Shown here piece after piece: positions 1 through 10,694 of a stretch of DNA of 64,000 nt. The translations under genes were made by a program, and so were the position numbers. Positions within the stretch are counted from its first letter, which is position 1. Every line of letters starts with the position of its first letter. The notes beneath the pieces were generated by a model. It was not told where the DNA came from. It worked only from the letters and a program-made list of their open reading frames with translations, and searched no databases. The stretch is from an uncultured Chloroflexia bacterium (lineage in GTDB: Bacteria > Chloroflexota > Limnocylindria > Limnocylindrales > CSP1-4), in NCBI GenBank assembly GCA_963810065.1, contig CAWELX010000006.1, positions 270,185 through 334,184 on the forward strand, given 5' to 3'.

Positions 1-2
1 CC

Positions 3-215
3 ATGGGCGTGAAGGTCGGCGAGGGCGGCAAGCTCTATGGCTCGATCACCACCCAGGACATCGCCGACGCCCTGGGCCGACGCGGGATCAAGGTCGACAA
101 GCACAAGGTCGACCTCGAGCAGCCGCTCAAGTCGCTCGGCACGTACAAGGTTGCCGTCCGGGTCTACGCGGGCATGACGCCCGAGGTCACGGTCGTCGTC
201 GAGCCCAAGGGCTGA
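3..215 (+). CDS. rplI: 50S ribosomal protein L9, C-terminal part (5' end outside window)
   Basis: The 70-aa translation (…KLYGSITTQDIADALGRRGIKVDKHKV…YKVAVRVYAGMTPEVTVVV) matches the L9 C-terminal domain. TGA stop at 213-215. Confidence 0.85.
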   Translation: MGVKVGEGGKLYGSITTQDIADALGRRGIKVDKHKVDLEQPLKSLGTYKVAVRVYAGMTPEVTVVVEPKG

Positions 216-870
216 CGTCCCGGGGCCGACGATCGCCCGGGGCGAGTGCCCGGGGCGAGTGCCCGGGGCGACGCCGCCCGGAGCGAATGCCCGGGGCGAC
301 GCCGCCCGGAGCCGACGCCGTCCGGGCCTACGCGGGCATGACGTCCGGAGCCGACGCCGTCCGGGCCGCTGGCAGCCGGGCCGCACGAGCAGCTCAGGGG
401 CATGTCGTACCGGCCGGGCTGCTGAGAAACGCTGCCGCCACGCTCCGGGATCCTCCCGAAGTGCCTGTTCGAGCCCAACCGTGAGCACAACCTGCGGGAA
501 TCCCAGCGGTCGGGCCGCTAGAAGCCGGGCCGCTAGAAGCCGGGCCGCTAGAAGCCGGGCCGCACGAGCAGCTCAGGGGCATGTCGTCGGGCCGCTAGCA
601 GCCGGGCCGCTAGCTGCCGGGCCGCACGAGCAGCTCAGGGGCATGTCGTACCGGCCGGGCTGCTGAGAAACGCTGCCGCCACGCTCCGGGATCCTCCCGA
701 AGTGCCTGTTCGAGCCCAACCGTGAGCACAACCTGCGGGAATCCCAGCGGTCGGGCCGCTAGCAGCCGACACCGGCTCCCGCGCAGACGGGCTACCCGCG
801 CAGCCGCCACCGGCTCCCGCGCAGACGGGCTACCCGCGCAGCCGCCACACCTGCACGCCGTCGACGTCGT
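216..870. repeat. Complex intergenic repeat region: a ~142-bp direct repeat (about 378-520 and 616-760), (gggccgctagaagcc)x3, and a 38-bp unit x2 (cgccaccggctcccgcgcagacgggctacccgcgcag)
   Basis: Direct inspection of the sequence. The repeats sit between the rplI stop and the downstream minus-strand gene. Confidence 0.75.
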
Positions 871-2941
871 AGACCGTCTCGAACAGCGGGCTCGCCGAGA
901 AGTCCGTCTGCTCGCCGTCCCCGCAGTCGGGGATCCCGCCGGATGACAGCACGTATGTCGCGTCGTAGAGGGCCATCACCTCGGCAGCCGCCTCGGGGCC
1001 GTCGCAGTACGCCGCCGTGACGTCCGCCTCGCGCGGCGCGGGGTCGTAGCCCAGGTTGGCCGCGTACGGCCCGAACGTCGTGATCCGCAGGCGCCCCGCG
1101 TAGTCCACGGGGCTGTTGATGAAGGCGTCGGTCACGAAGACGGCGCGCTGCGGGGTGTTGGCGGCGATCCACACGGCCGCCTGCTCCTGGGCGGTGGTCA
1201 GGGCGACCGGCTGCGACACGAGGTGCCAGGTGGCGATCAGGGCCGGCGAGATCGCCGCGAACCCCACCACCAGCCCCACGACCACCAGCCGCTGCCGGCG
1301 CAGCAGCCACCCGCCAAGGATCGCCAGGGCGACCCCCATCACCTGGAAGAACTTGTTCATGTCGAACTCGACGGCGCCGGCCACGACCAGGTTGGGGACG
1401 AGGAACAGGGCGACGGCCCAGGCCGCCAGGAACGCCCGCGCGGGTGGCCGGGCCACCAGCAGCGCGACGAGGCCGAGCAGGAGCGGAAGACCCAGGTTCG
1501 TTGCGTAGAAGAAGAGCACCGCAGCCAGTCCATCCTCGATGGGTGCCTCGGCCCAGCCCGTCACGAACCGGATCGAGCCGCGCTGGCCCTGCAGCAGGGC
1601 CGGCCCGACGACGAACGGCAGGGCCAGCAGGACCGGGGCAAGGAAGAGGGCCGCGTCGCGGAGCCAGCCGCGCCGGCGCCATGCCCGGCGCGAGACCGCG
1701 TACAGGAGGACGAGCAGGTACGTCGCCGGGAAGAGGTAGAACTGGAACGGAGCAAGGAGCCCGGCGAGCACGCCCGCCAGCAGCATCCCGACCGGCCGCC
1801 TGCCCAGCGACACGCGCACCAGGAGCAGCACCGCAAGCAGCCCCGGCAGCCCGAACGTCGTCGCCCGGTGGGGGAACAGCCCGGTCCCCAGGATCGAGGC
1901 GATCTTGAAGTAGGGCCAACCATCGGCCCAGGTGTTGTCGTACGGGTTCGCGACGACGAGCTCCCAGAACGATCCGGCGCCGGCGTTCAGGTCCATGATG
2001 AGACGGATCCAGCCCATCCCGCCCCCGACGAGGACCAGGAGCGTGGCGATCGTGGCCGCCCGCCGGCTTCCCGTCAGGTGGCGCGCGAGCTCCCAGGCGA
2101 CGAGCGCCAGGGCGCCTGCCATGAGCGCGCTCGAGACGACGAAGACCGGGATGACGTGCAGCCCCGCGGCTGCGGCGGCGATCGAGCCGTGGAAGTCGGC
2201 GAACCAGTGGTAGGTCAGCGGGACGCCCGCGAAGTACGGCACCTGCGGCGGGAAGTTGCCCTCGACGATGCTCTGGCCGATCGAGACGTGGACCAGGAAG
2301 TCGCTCCAGTTCCAGCCGCCGGAGACCCAGGCACCGGGAATCTCGTGCCACGCGTTGCCGGCCAGGACGCTGCCCACGAGGAGCGTGGCAAAGGCCGCCA
2401 GCACGAACGGCGCGCGCTCGCGCCGGACTGCGTCCAGGGCGCCGCGCAGGTCCGGGGATGGCGGCGGCGCCAGGAACGGCAGTGGGACCCGGGCGAGCAG
2501 GAGGCTGCCAGCGGCGAGGATGGCGGCCGTGGCCAGGGCGACCGGGCGATCGAACCCGCCCGCTGCGAGGCCGACGACGTTCGCGAGATGGGCGGTGAGG
2601 TACGTCGACGTGACGATCCCGACGCCCAGCCGGCCGGCCGGGCCGAGCCGCGGGACGGCGCGGGCCACCAGGAGCAGGCCGGGGATCACGAACAGGAAGG
2701 GCCACGCGACCGCGATGGCGATCGGCGGGGCGAACCAGGCGAGGGCGAACGCGACGGCCCCGGCCAGGACGAGCGCCAACCCGACGGGCCGGCCCGGGCG
2801 CCCTGGGGCGGGCGACCGAGCCCGCGGGCGGCACGGCGGGCGGCTGGGCGGGCGACACGGCGGGCGGCACGCGGGCGACACGGCGGGCGGCTGGGCGGGC
2901 GGCACGGCGCCCGATGTCACGGGCCTATCGGAAGGGTTCAC
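830..2941 (-). CDS. Integral membrane protein with more than 10 TM helices and a C-terminal soluble domain. It resembles PMT/ArnT-type (GT39/GT83-like) glycosyltransferases. Start is uncertain: GTG at 2941, or further upstream to 3145.
   Basis: Long minus-strand ORF with many hydrophobic segments (…WFAPPIAIAVAWPFLFVIPGLLLV…, HWFADFHG loop motif). The N-terminal 60 residues are Pro/Arg-rich and low-complexity. From 2941 the gene does not overlap the opposite-strand dinB start. Confidence 0.45.
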   Translation of the reverse strand: MNPSDRPVTSGAVPPAQPPAVSPACRPPCRPPSRPPCRPRARSPAPGRPGRPVGLALVLAGAVAFALAWFAPPIAIAVAWPFLFVIPGLLLVARAVPRLGPAGRLGVGIVTSTYLTAHLANVVGLAAGGFDRPVALATAAILAAGSLLLARVPLPFLAPPPSPDLRGALDAVRRERAPFVLAAFATLLVGSVLAGNAWHEIPGAWVSGGWNWSDFLVHVSIGQSIVEGNFPPQVPYFAGVPLTYHWFADFHGSIAAAAAGLHVIPVFVVSSALMAGALALVAWELARHLTGSRRAATIATLLVLVGGGMGWIRLIMDLNAGAGSFWELVVANPYDNTWADGWPYFKIASILGTGLFPHRATTFGLPGLLAVLLLVRVSLGRRPVGMLLAGVLAGLLAPFQFYLFPATYLLVLLYAVSRRAWRRRGWLRDAALFLAPVLLALPFVVGPALLQGQRGSIRFVTGWAEAPIEDGLAAVLFFYATNLGLPLLLGLVALLVARPPARAFLAAWAVALFLVPNLVVAGAVEFDMNKFFQVMGVALAILGGWLLRRQRLVVVGLVVGFAAISPALIATWHLVSQPVALTTAQEQAAVWIAANTPQRAVFVTDAFINSPVDYAGRLRITTFGPYAANLGYDPAPREADVTAAYCDGPEAAAEVMALYDATYVLSSGGIPDCGDGEQTDFSASPLFETVYDVDGVQVWRLRG

Positions 2942-2961
2942 GTCGCGGCGATGATAGGCGC

Positions 2962-4332
2962 GTGCGAACGAGCCCCACCATCCTCCACGTCGACCTCGAC
3001 GCGTTCTTCGCGTCGGTGGAGCAGCGCGACCGGCCGGAGCTCCGCGGACGCCCGGTGATCGTGGGCGGAGATCCGCGGGCCCGGGGGGTCGTCTCGGCGG
3101 CCAGCTACGAGGCCCGCGTCTTCGGTGTGCGCTCGGCGATGCCACTGCGCACCGCCGCGGCGCTCTGTCCGGACGGCGTCTTCCTCCCCGTCGACGGCGC
3201 GAAGTACCGCCAGGCCAGCCGGCAGGTGATGGAGATCCTGGGGCACTTCACGCCGCTCCTCGAGCAGGTGTCCATCGACGAGGCGTTCCTCGACGTCGCC
3301 GGGTCCGAGGCCCTGTTCGGGTCGCCGGAGGAGATCGCCCGCCGGATCAAGGCCGCCGTTCGGGCCGAGGTCGGGCTGACGGCCAGCGTCGGCGCCGCCA
3401 CCACCAAGCTCGTCGCCAAGGTTGCCTCCGACCTGCGCAAGCCCGATGGGCTCGTCGTCGTGCCGCCCGGCGGCGAGGCGGCCTTCCTGGCGCCGCTCCC
3501 CATCGGGCGGCTGTGGGGTGTCGGGGCGCAGACCCGGGCGGCGCTGGCCGAGCACGGGGTGCGCACGATCGGCGACCTGGCCGACCTGCCCGTGGACGTC
3601 CTCGTGCGCCGACTCGGCGCCCACGGCGCGACGCTGCACGACCGGGCGCGCGGGATCGACCCGTCGCCCGTGACCGGGGAGGTCGCCGCGAAGTCCGTCA
3701 GCCACGAGACCACGTTCGACGTCGACACGGCCGACGCAGACGTGATCGAGCGCACGCTGCTCGCCCTGTCCGAGGGCGTGGCGTCCCGGCTGCGGGCGGG
3801 GCACGTGCGGGCCTCCACGATCGCCGTGAAGGTGCGCGACAGCAGCTTCCACACGGTCAGCCGCCAGCGGACCCTGCCCGAGCCGACCGACCTGGCCGAC
3901 CCGATCTTCCGCACGGCCCTGGAGCTCGTGCGGCCGGAGGTCCGGGGTCGCCGGATCCGCCTCCTCGGCGTCGGGGCCCACGGCCTGGGCGAGCCGGCCC
4001 AGATGGGCCTCTTCGCGACGGAGGACCCGCGGCGACGTCACGTCGTCGAAGCGCAGGACGAGATCCGCCGGAAGTACGGCAGCCGGGCGCTGACCCGGGC
4101 GCGGCTCCTGGGCGACCCGCTCGCCGACCCCGGCGGCCGCGATCCGATGCAGCCCCTCGAGGGCCGGCGGGTGGGCCGTGCCCGGCCGGCAGTCGACGGC
4201 GCATCCGCCGCCGGGGACGACGACGCGTCGGGGGACGACACGGCGCCCGACGAGCCATCTGAGGCGGAGGCAAACGAGCCCGCGGGGGAAGAGGCGGACG
4301 AGCGTCCTGGGCGAGCCGCCGACGAGAGCTGA
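2962..4332 (+). CDS. dinB: DNA polymerase IV (DinB, Y-family) with an acidic C-terminal extension
   Basis: ILHVDLDAFFASVEQ…RPVIVGG… is the hallmark Y-family N-terminus. The ORF runs to a TGA at 4330-4332. Start could be the GTG at 2962 or the upstream ATG at 2914. Confidence 0.85.
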   Translation: MRTSPTILHVDLDAFFASVEQRDRPELRGRPVIVGGDPRARGVVSAASYEARVFGVRSAMPLRTAAALCPDGVFLPVDGAKYRQASRQVMEILGHFTPLLEQVSIDEAFLDVAGSEALFGSPEEIARRIKAAVRAEVGLTASVGAATTKLVAKVASDLRKPDGLVVVPPGGEAAFLAPLPIGRLWGVGAQTRAALAEHGVRTIGDLADLPVDVLVRRLGAHGATLHDRARGIDPSPVTGEVAAKSVSHETTFDVDTADADVIERTLLALSEGVASRLRAGHVRASTIAVKVRDSSFHTVSRQRTLPEPTDLADPIFRTALELVRPEVRGRRIRLLGVGAHGLGEPAQMGLFATEDPRRRHVVEAQDEIRRKYGSRALTRARLLGDPLADPGGRDPMQPLEGRRVGRARPAVDGASAAGDDDASGDDTAPDEPSEAEANEPAGEEADERPGRAADES

Positions 4333-4412
4333 GCCTATCGAACACCTGTGCCAAACAAGGTGGCACGGCCGTCGCCCATTCTCGCGCCAGGTTCCATGAC
4401 GAGGGCTTGACA

Positions 4413-4428
4413 TCGAACGGGTGTTCGA
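4413..4428. promoter_or_regulatory. LexA/SOS box 1: TCGAACgggtGTTCGA, a perfect match to the actinobacterial TCGAAC-N4-GTTCGA consensus
   Basis: Perfect palindrome read directly from the sequence. Confidence 0.6.
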
Positions 4429-4445
4429 TCTAGAGTCCCATCAAG

Positions 4446-4461
4446 TCGAACAGGTGTTCTG
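4446..4461. promoter_or_regulatory. LexA/SOS box 2: TCGAACaggtGTTCTG, matching 10 of 12 consensus positions
   Basis: Second box 33 bp downstream of box 1, and 10 bp upstream of the ATG at 4471. Confidence 0.5.
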
Positions 4462-4470
4462 TCTCCCGAA

Positions 4471-4785
4471 GTGCCCCGGGCGACGCCAGGCCGCCGAGAA
4501 GGAGCAACGTCGATGGCGATGACCCGCGTCGAGCCGGTCGAGGTCCGGGTGCGGACCGACTGGCTGTCCGGGCGCCCCCGGGAGATCCGCTGGGGCGAAC
4601 GGACGATCCCCGTGACCGCGATCGCGTCCGTGAGCCGCGAACGCTCCGCGTACCCGATCGCGGTTGGCCCGCGAACCACCTTCGAGGTGGACACGCCCGA
4701 GGTGCGCATGTCGCTCACCTTCCGGCACCGCGGCCGTCGGTGGCTCATCGAGGGCCTCGACCCCGACGTCGCCCGGGCAGCCTGA
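4471..4785 (+). CDS. Small hypothetical protein (104 aa) that is a candidate SOS-regulated gene
   Basis: ORF immediately downstream of the tandem SOS boxes. A GC-rich hairpin (4888-4913, GGGCCCGCCG-CCCTCC-CGGCGGGCCC) follows. No family recognised from the sequence. Confidence 0.45.
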   Translation: MPRATPGRREGATSMAMTRVEPVEVRVRTDWLSGRPREIRWGERTIPVTAIASVSRERSAYPIAVGPRTTFEVDTPEVRMSLTFRHRGRRWLIEGLDPDVARAA

Positions 4786-4887
4786 CCCCAGGGCCACGGC
4801 CGGCCCAGCCGGCTTCCAGGATGTCACCGCGGCCGGCCCAGCCGGCCCACACGAAGTTCGTGCGCCGGCCCACCACCCGGCGCACAA

Positions 4888-4913
4888 GGGCCCGCCGCCC
4901 TCCCGGCGGGCCC
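4888..4913 (+). terminator. GC-rich perfect hairpin (10-bp stem, 6-nt loop), possibly the terminator of the SOS-regulated small ORF
   Basis: Inverted repeat seen in the sequence. There is no U-tract, which is common in high-GC genomes. Confidence 0.3.
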
Positions 4914-5100
4914 TCCTCCTCGGGCCCGGAGTGGGTGCGACCGGTACCGCGCTCGCTTCGGGCCCGGCCATGCCCGCGAGACCGGGGTCGCCCGCGCTCC
5001 CGGTTCGCCCCGGTGGCACCGGGCCGGCGGTCACGCTGACCCCGGTCGGTCGGCCCGGGCCCCCGGGCGGGACGGCCCTTTCGCACGGTGGTCCGCCTCC

Positions 5101-5106
5101 TACAAT
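5101..5106 (+). promoter_or_regulatory. Putative -10 hexamer TACAAT, 7 bp before the cyclodeaminase ATG. This suggests a leaderless or very short-leader transcript.
   Basis: ctcctacaatcgggcgcATG. Spacing is typical of actinobacterial leaderless mRNAs. Confidence 0.3.
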
Positions 5107-5113
5107 CGGGCGC

Positions 5114-5782
5114 ATGTCCGAGAACGCCACGCCTCGCTTCGGGTCCATGACCCTTGACGGGTTCATCGAGCTGCTCGGCTCGGCGACCCCCAGCCCGGGA
5201 GGTGGTGCCGCCTCGGCCGTGGCCGCCTCGTGCGGCGCGGCGCTCGTGGCGATGGTTGCCTCGCTCTCGCTGGACCGCCCGAAGTACGCCGCGTATGCCG
5301 CCAGCCATGCTCGGCACGGAGCAGCGGGACGGGAGCTGGCCGCGCGCCTCCTGGTCCTCGCCGACGAGGATGCCGACGCGTACGCGGCCTTTGCCGCGGC
5401 CCTCAAGCTGCCGCGCGACACGGAGGAGCAGAAGGTCGCCCGGACGGCGGCCATCCGCGCCTCGGCGCGTGTCGCGGCCGACGTGCCGCTGCGGACGGTG
5501 GAGGCCTGCCGCGAGGTTGTCGTCGCCTCCGAGGCGCTCGCCGGGCGCAGCAACATGAACGCCGCGAGCGACCTGGCCGTCGCGTCCCGGCTGGTCGAGG
5601 CATCGGCCCATGGCGCCGCGGAGAACGTCCTGGTGAACCTGCCGTCGCTCGGCGACGCGGTGGCGGCGGACCTGCTGCGGGGCCGCGTCGACGAGCTGCT
5701 GGCGGAGATCGAGGAGCTGGCCGAGACAACCCGGGCCCACGTGGCGCTGCGCGAGCTGCGCGAAGCGGAGGACGCCTCGTGA
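5114..5782 (+). CDS. Formimidoyl-THF cyclodeaminase / methenyl-THF cyclohydrolase family protein (FtcD C-terminal domain-like, FchA-like)
   Basis: The 222-aa product (…FIELLGSATPSPGGGAASAVAASCGAALVAMVASLS…) resembles cyclodeaminase-domain proteins. Its stop overlaps the folD GTG start. Confidence 0.75.
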   Translation: MSENATPRFGSMTLDGFIELLGSATPSPGGGAASAVAASCGAALVAMVASLSLDRPKYAAYAASHARHGAAGRELAARLLVLADEDADAYAAFAAALKLPRDTEEQKVARTAAIRASARVAADVPLRTVEACREVVVASEALAGRSNMNAASDLAVASRLVEASAHGAAENVLVNLPSLGDAVAADLLRGRVDELLAEIEELAETTRAHVALRELREAEDAS

Positions 5783-6765
5783 CGCTGCTCGAGGACGTCG
5801 GGCCGCGCCTGCTCAAGGGCGGACCGGTCGCCGCCGACGTGCGGACGGCCGTTGCCGCCGACGTCGCCGACTTCAAGGCGACCTACGGGTACACGCCGGA
5901 GCTCGCGGTCGTCATCGTCGGCCGGGACGCCCCCTCGACGGTGTACCTCCACAAGATCCTCGACGGCTGCCGGCTCGTGGGGATCCAGGACCGGCTGGTG
6001 GAGCTCGGCGACGACTGCACCGCCGAGGCCCTGGGCCGCGAGATCATCGCACTGGGGGCGCAGCGGACCGTGGCCGGGATCATCGTCCAGCAGCCGCTTC
6101 CGGCCGGGATCCCGCTGCGGGTGGTCATCGACACGCTCGACCCGGCCAAGGACATCGACGGCATCCACCCGCTCAACGCCGGCCTCCTCGCCCTCGGCTA
6201 CGACGGATTCCTGCCGGCCACGGCCCACGCCGCGGTGGAGCTCCTCAAGCGCTCCGGGGTGCCGCTCGCCGGGGCTCGCGCGGTCATCGTCGGCCGCTCC
6301 AACGTCGTGGGGAAGCCGGCAGCATTCCTGCTCCTGCGCGAACACGCCACGGTGACGATCTGCCACTCGAAGACCCCGGATCTCGCCGCCCACCTGCGCG
6401 AGGCCGACGTCGTCGTGGTGGCGGCGGGCCGGGCCGGCCTCGTCACCGGCGAGATGCTGAAGCCGGGTGCGGTCGTCGTGGACGTCGGCATCAACGTCGT
6501 CGAGGGCCGCCTCGTCGGCGACGTCGACTTCGAATCCGCGGCGCGCGTCGCCTCGGCGATCACCCCGGTGCCCGGCGGCGTGGGACCTCTCACGAACGCG
6601 ATCCTGCTGACCCACCTGGTTCGCGCGGCCCGCAACCAGGCCGAGGGGCGAACCGCGCCCGGCGCTGCATCCCTGCACGCCCCGGCCGCCGCGTCTCCGT
6701 CCCCGGCCGCCGCGTCTTCGCCCCCCGCGTCGTCGACCACCCCCCCGACGCAGCCCGCCGGCTGA
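5779..6765 (+). CDS. folD: Bifunctional methylenetetrahydrofolate dehydrogenase / methenyltetrahydrofolate cyclohydrolase
   Basis: …YLHKILDGCRLVGI…VVGRSNVVGKPAAFLLL…GGVGPLTNAILLTHLV… is the conserved FolD architecture. The GTG start overlaps the upstream stop. Confidence 0.9.
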   Translation: MTLLEDVGPRLLKGGPVAADVRTAVAADVADFKATYGYTPELAVVIVGRDAPSTVYLHKILDGCRLVGIQDRLVELGDDCTAEALGREIIALGAQRTVAGIIVQQPLPAGIPLRVVIDTLDPAKDIDGIHPLNAGLLALGYDGFLPATAHAAVELLKRSGVPLAGARAVIVGRSNVVGKPAAFLLLREHATVTICHSKTPDLAAHLREADVVVVAAGRAGLVTGEMLKPGAVVVDVGINVVEGRLVGDVDFESAARVASAITPVPGGVGPLTNAILLTHLVRAARNQAEGRTAPGAASLHAPAAASPSPAAASSPPASSTTPPTQPAG

Positions 6766-6792
6766 CACGAACAAGCGCCCCGGAGGAATCCC

Positions 6793-8499
<1,707 letters not shown>

Positions 8500-8503
8500 T
8501 CCC

Positions 8504-9466
8504 ATGGCGACCCCTCGTCCTGCGCCGGGCACCGCCGTCCCGCCGCCGACCTCCGGTGGTGCCCCCGCGCCAGGCACGGCGGGCGATCCGGTCCCGGGCG
8601 CGCCTCACGGCCCGACGGCCACCGAGGTGCGCCTCGACGCGTTGATGCCGGGCGAGATGGCGGCGAAGGCCGCCGAGATCGGCGTCCGCAAGGCCGGCAT
8701 GGGCTTCGTGCCCGTGTTCGTGCTCGGCATCCTTGCCGGGGCGTTCATCGCCCTGGGCGCCGCGTTCGCGACGACGGTCTCGGCCGGCGCGACGGGGATG
8801 CTGCCGTACGGGGTCATCCGCCTCCTCGCGGGCTTCGCGTTCTCGCTGGGCCTGATCCTCGTGATCGTCGGCGGCGCCGAGCTGTTCACCGGCAATAACC
8901 TCTTGGCGATGGCCTGGGCCTCGCGGCGGATCAGCACCGGCGCCGTCATGCGCAACTGGGTGATCGTCTACGTCGGCAACCTGGTCGGCGCCGTGGGCAC
9001 CGCGGTGCTGGTGGTCATGGCCGGGCAGTACGCGTTCGGGGGCGGGTCCGTGGGGGCCGTCGCGCTCTCCACGGCCGCGACGAAGGTGGGCTATGGCCCG
9101 CTGCAGGCGTTCGTGCTCGGAATCCTCTGCAACGGCCTCGTCTGCCTCGCCGTCTGGCTGACCTACTCGGCGCGCACCACGACCGACCGGATCCTGGCGA
9201 TCGTCCCGCCCATCGCCGCGTTCGTGGCGATGGGCTTCGAGCACTCCGTCGCCAACATGTACTTCATCCCGGTGGGGATGCTGATCCGGGCCGTTGCCCC
9301 CGAGAGCTTCTGGACGGCCGTCGACAAGGTCCCCGCCGACTACGCGAGCCTCGACTGGGCCGGCCTCGTCGGCAACCTCGTGCCCGTCACGCTCGGGAAC
9401 ATCGTCGGCGGGACGATCCTCGTGGGCGCGGTCTACTGGCTGGTCTACCTGCGCGGCAGGAGCTGA
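8504..9466 (+). CDS. focA: Formate/nitrite transporter family channel (FocA/FdhC-like)
   Basis: About 320 aa, six TM helices, with the FNT motifs …GAELFTGNNLL… and …GFEHSVANMYFIP…. Lies directly after fhs. Confidence 0.82.
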   Translation: MATPRPAPGTAVPPPTSGGAPAPGTAGDPVPGAPHGPTATEVRLDALMPGEMAAKAAEIGVRKAGMGFVPVFVLGILAGAFIALGAAFATTVSAGATGMLPYGVIRLLAGFAFSLGLILVIVGGAELFTGNNLLAMAWASRRISTGAVMRNWVIVYVGNLVGAVGTAVLVVMAGQYAFGGGSVGAVALSTAATKVGYGPLQAFVLGILCNGLVCLAVWLTYSARTTTDRILAIVPPIAAFVAMGFEHSVANMYFIPVGMLIRAVAPESFWTAVDKVPADYASLDWAGLVGNLVPVTLGNIVGGTILVGAVYWLVYLRGRS

Positions 9467-9484
9467 CGCGTCGGGACCGCTCGC

Positions 9485-10027
9485 TCAGGGGTTCGTGAGG
9501 GCGCCCATCACCTCGGCGAGCTCGTTGCCCGCGACGTGGGGGCGTGCCGTCTCCAGCAGGAGGCGCTCGATCGTCCGCCCGGGATCGTCGCGGTAGGCGC
9601 GGCCGCCGGAGCCGGGCGGCGCAACCGCCCCGCCGAAGGCGACGAGCGTTCCGTCCGGTCGCTCGATCGTGAACCCGTGGTAGCCGAGGCCGCCGGCCGG
9701 CGGCTCGCCGACCTTCGCCGCCAGCCCGGCGAGCGCGACGTCCAGCGCGGCCGCCTCCGCGTTGGTCAGCGTCCACGCCGGGTCCGGCCGTCCCGAGTAC
9801 AGGCCGAGGGTCACCTGGACGGGGCCGGACGCGTCACCGCCCGGGGTGGCAGTGGGGCCACCGCCGGGGATGGCAGTGGGGCCACCGCCGGGGTTCGACG
9901 TCGCGGACGGGCCGGAGGTCGAGGCACCGCTCCCGCAGCCGGCGAGGAGCAGCAGGCACAGCAGGGACAGCAGGCTGCCGATCAGCAGCGTGGACGGCGA
10001 TCGAGCTGCCGGCGGTCGAGCTGGCAT
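9485..10027 (-). CDS. Putative lipoprotein (signal peptide with an LLAGCGS lipobox, PGGGPTA repeats)
   Basis: The Met at 10027 is followed by a basic n-region, a hydrophobic h-region and then LAGC. Family unknown. Confidence 0.45.
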   Translation of the reverse strand: MPARPPAARSPSTLLIGSLLSLLCLLLLAGCGSGASTSGPSATSNPGGGPTAIPGGGPTATPGGDASGPVQVTLGLYSGRPDPAWTLTNAEAAALDVALAGLAAKVGEPPAGGLGYHGFTIERPDGTLVAFGGAVAPPGSGGRAYRDDPGRTIERLLLETARPHVAGNELAEVMGALTNP

Positions 10028-10125
10028 GGTCCACTGACGGGGTCCATCCGGCCGCGGTTCCAGGCCCGCGTCCCGCGCGACCCGTTCGCCCTGGTCGGTC
10101 AGGTCGCTCATGTGGCCCCGGTCGG

Positions 10126-10680
10126 TCAGGTAGCGCCGTCGGTGTCGTCGACGGCGTCGTAGTCGATCTCCGCCGGCAGGCCGTCGTCGGCCAGCAGCTC
10201 GAAGTCCTTCGCCAGATCGGCGCGCGCGTCGTCGGGGCGGTCGCCGAACGGCGAACCGACGACCTCCTCCCAGGGAGAAAGCAGCAGGTCCAGCTCGTCG
10301 TCCTCGAGGACGTCCTCGAGCACCACGGCATAGGCCGCGTCCAGCACGATCGGCACGGCAGCCATCCGCGGGCCGATCTCGGCGGTGCTCTCACCCGCCC
10401 CTGCCACCCCTGCCGGGAACCAGTGCGTGGTGCTGGAGGCCCATGAGGCGACCTCGTCGCCGACCGCCCTGATCGCGTCGAGCCGGTGGGCGGCCTTCGC
10501 CATCTCGCGGAGGCGTGCGCGCAGCTCCGCCCGCGCGGTCACGTTCGGGTCGTTCTCGGGAGTTCCGAACGAACCGCCGCCCGCGGCGGCGAGCGCGGCG
10601 ATCGCCCCCGGCGGCAGGTGGTCGAGGTCGTCCAGCATGCGCTCCACCGCGACCGAGTTGGGCCCGTAGTTCGCCGCCAT
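10126..10680 (-). CDS. Hypothetical acidic protein (184 aa from the Met at 10680)
   Basis: ORF with reasonable codon bias and an Asp/Glu-rich C-terminus. No family recognised. Confidence 0.35.
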   Translation of the reverse strand: MAANYGPNSVAVERMLDDLDHLPPGAIAALAAAGGGSFGTPENDPNVTARAELRARLREMAKAAHRLDAIRAVGDEVASWASSTTHWFPAGVAGAGESTAEIGPRMAAVPIVLDAAYAVVLEDVLEDDELDLLLSPWEEVVGSPFGDRPDDARADLAKDFELLADDGLPAEIDYDAVDDTDGAT

Positions 10681-10694
10681 GACCGCCTCCGTGC

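Noticed and set aside
216-830. Expected dnaB after rplI
   Set aside because: No helicase-like ORF is present in any frame; the region is occupied by repeats.
4786-5113. Possible ZTP or other folate-related riboswitch upstream of the cyclodeaminase-folD-fhs operon
   Set aside because: No match to the ZTP/pfl conserved segments (GGGUCGUGACUGGCG…CCGCCUGGGC) was seen. The region instead has a hairpin and a TACAAT -10 directly before the ATG.
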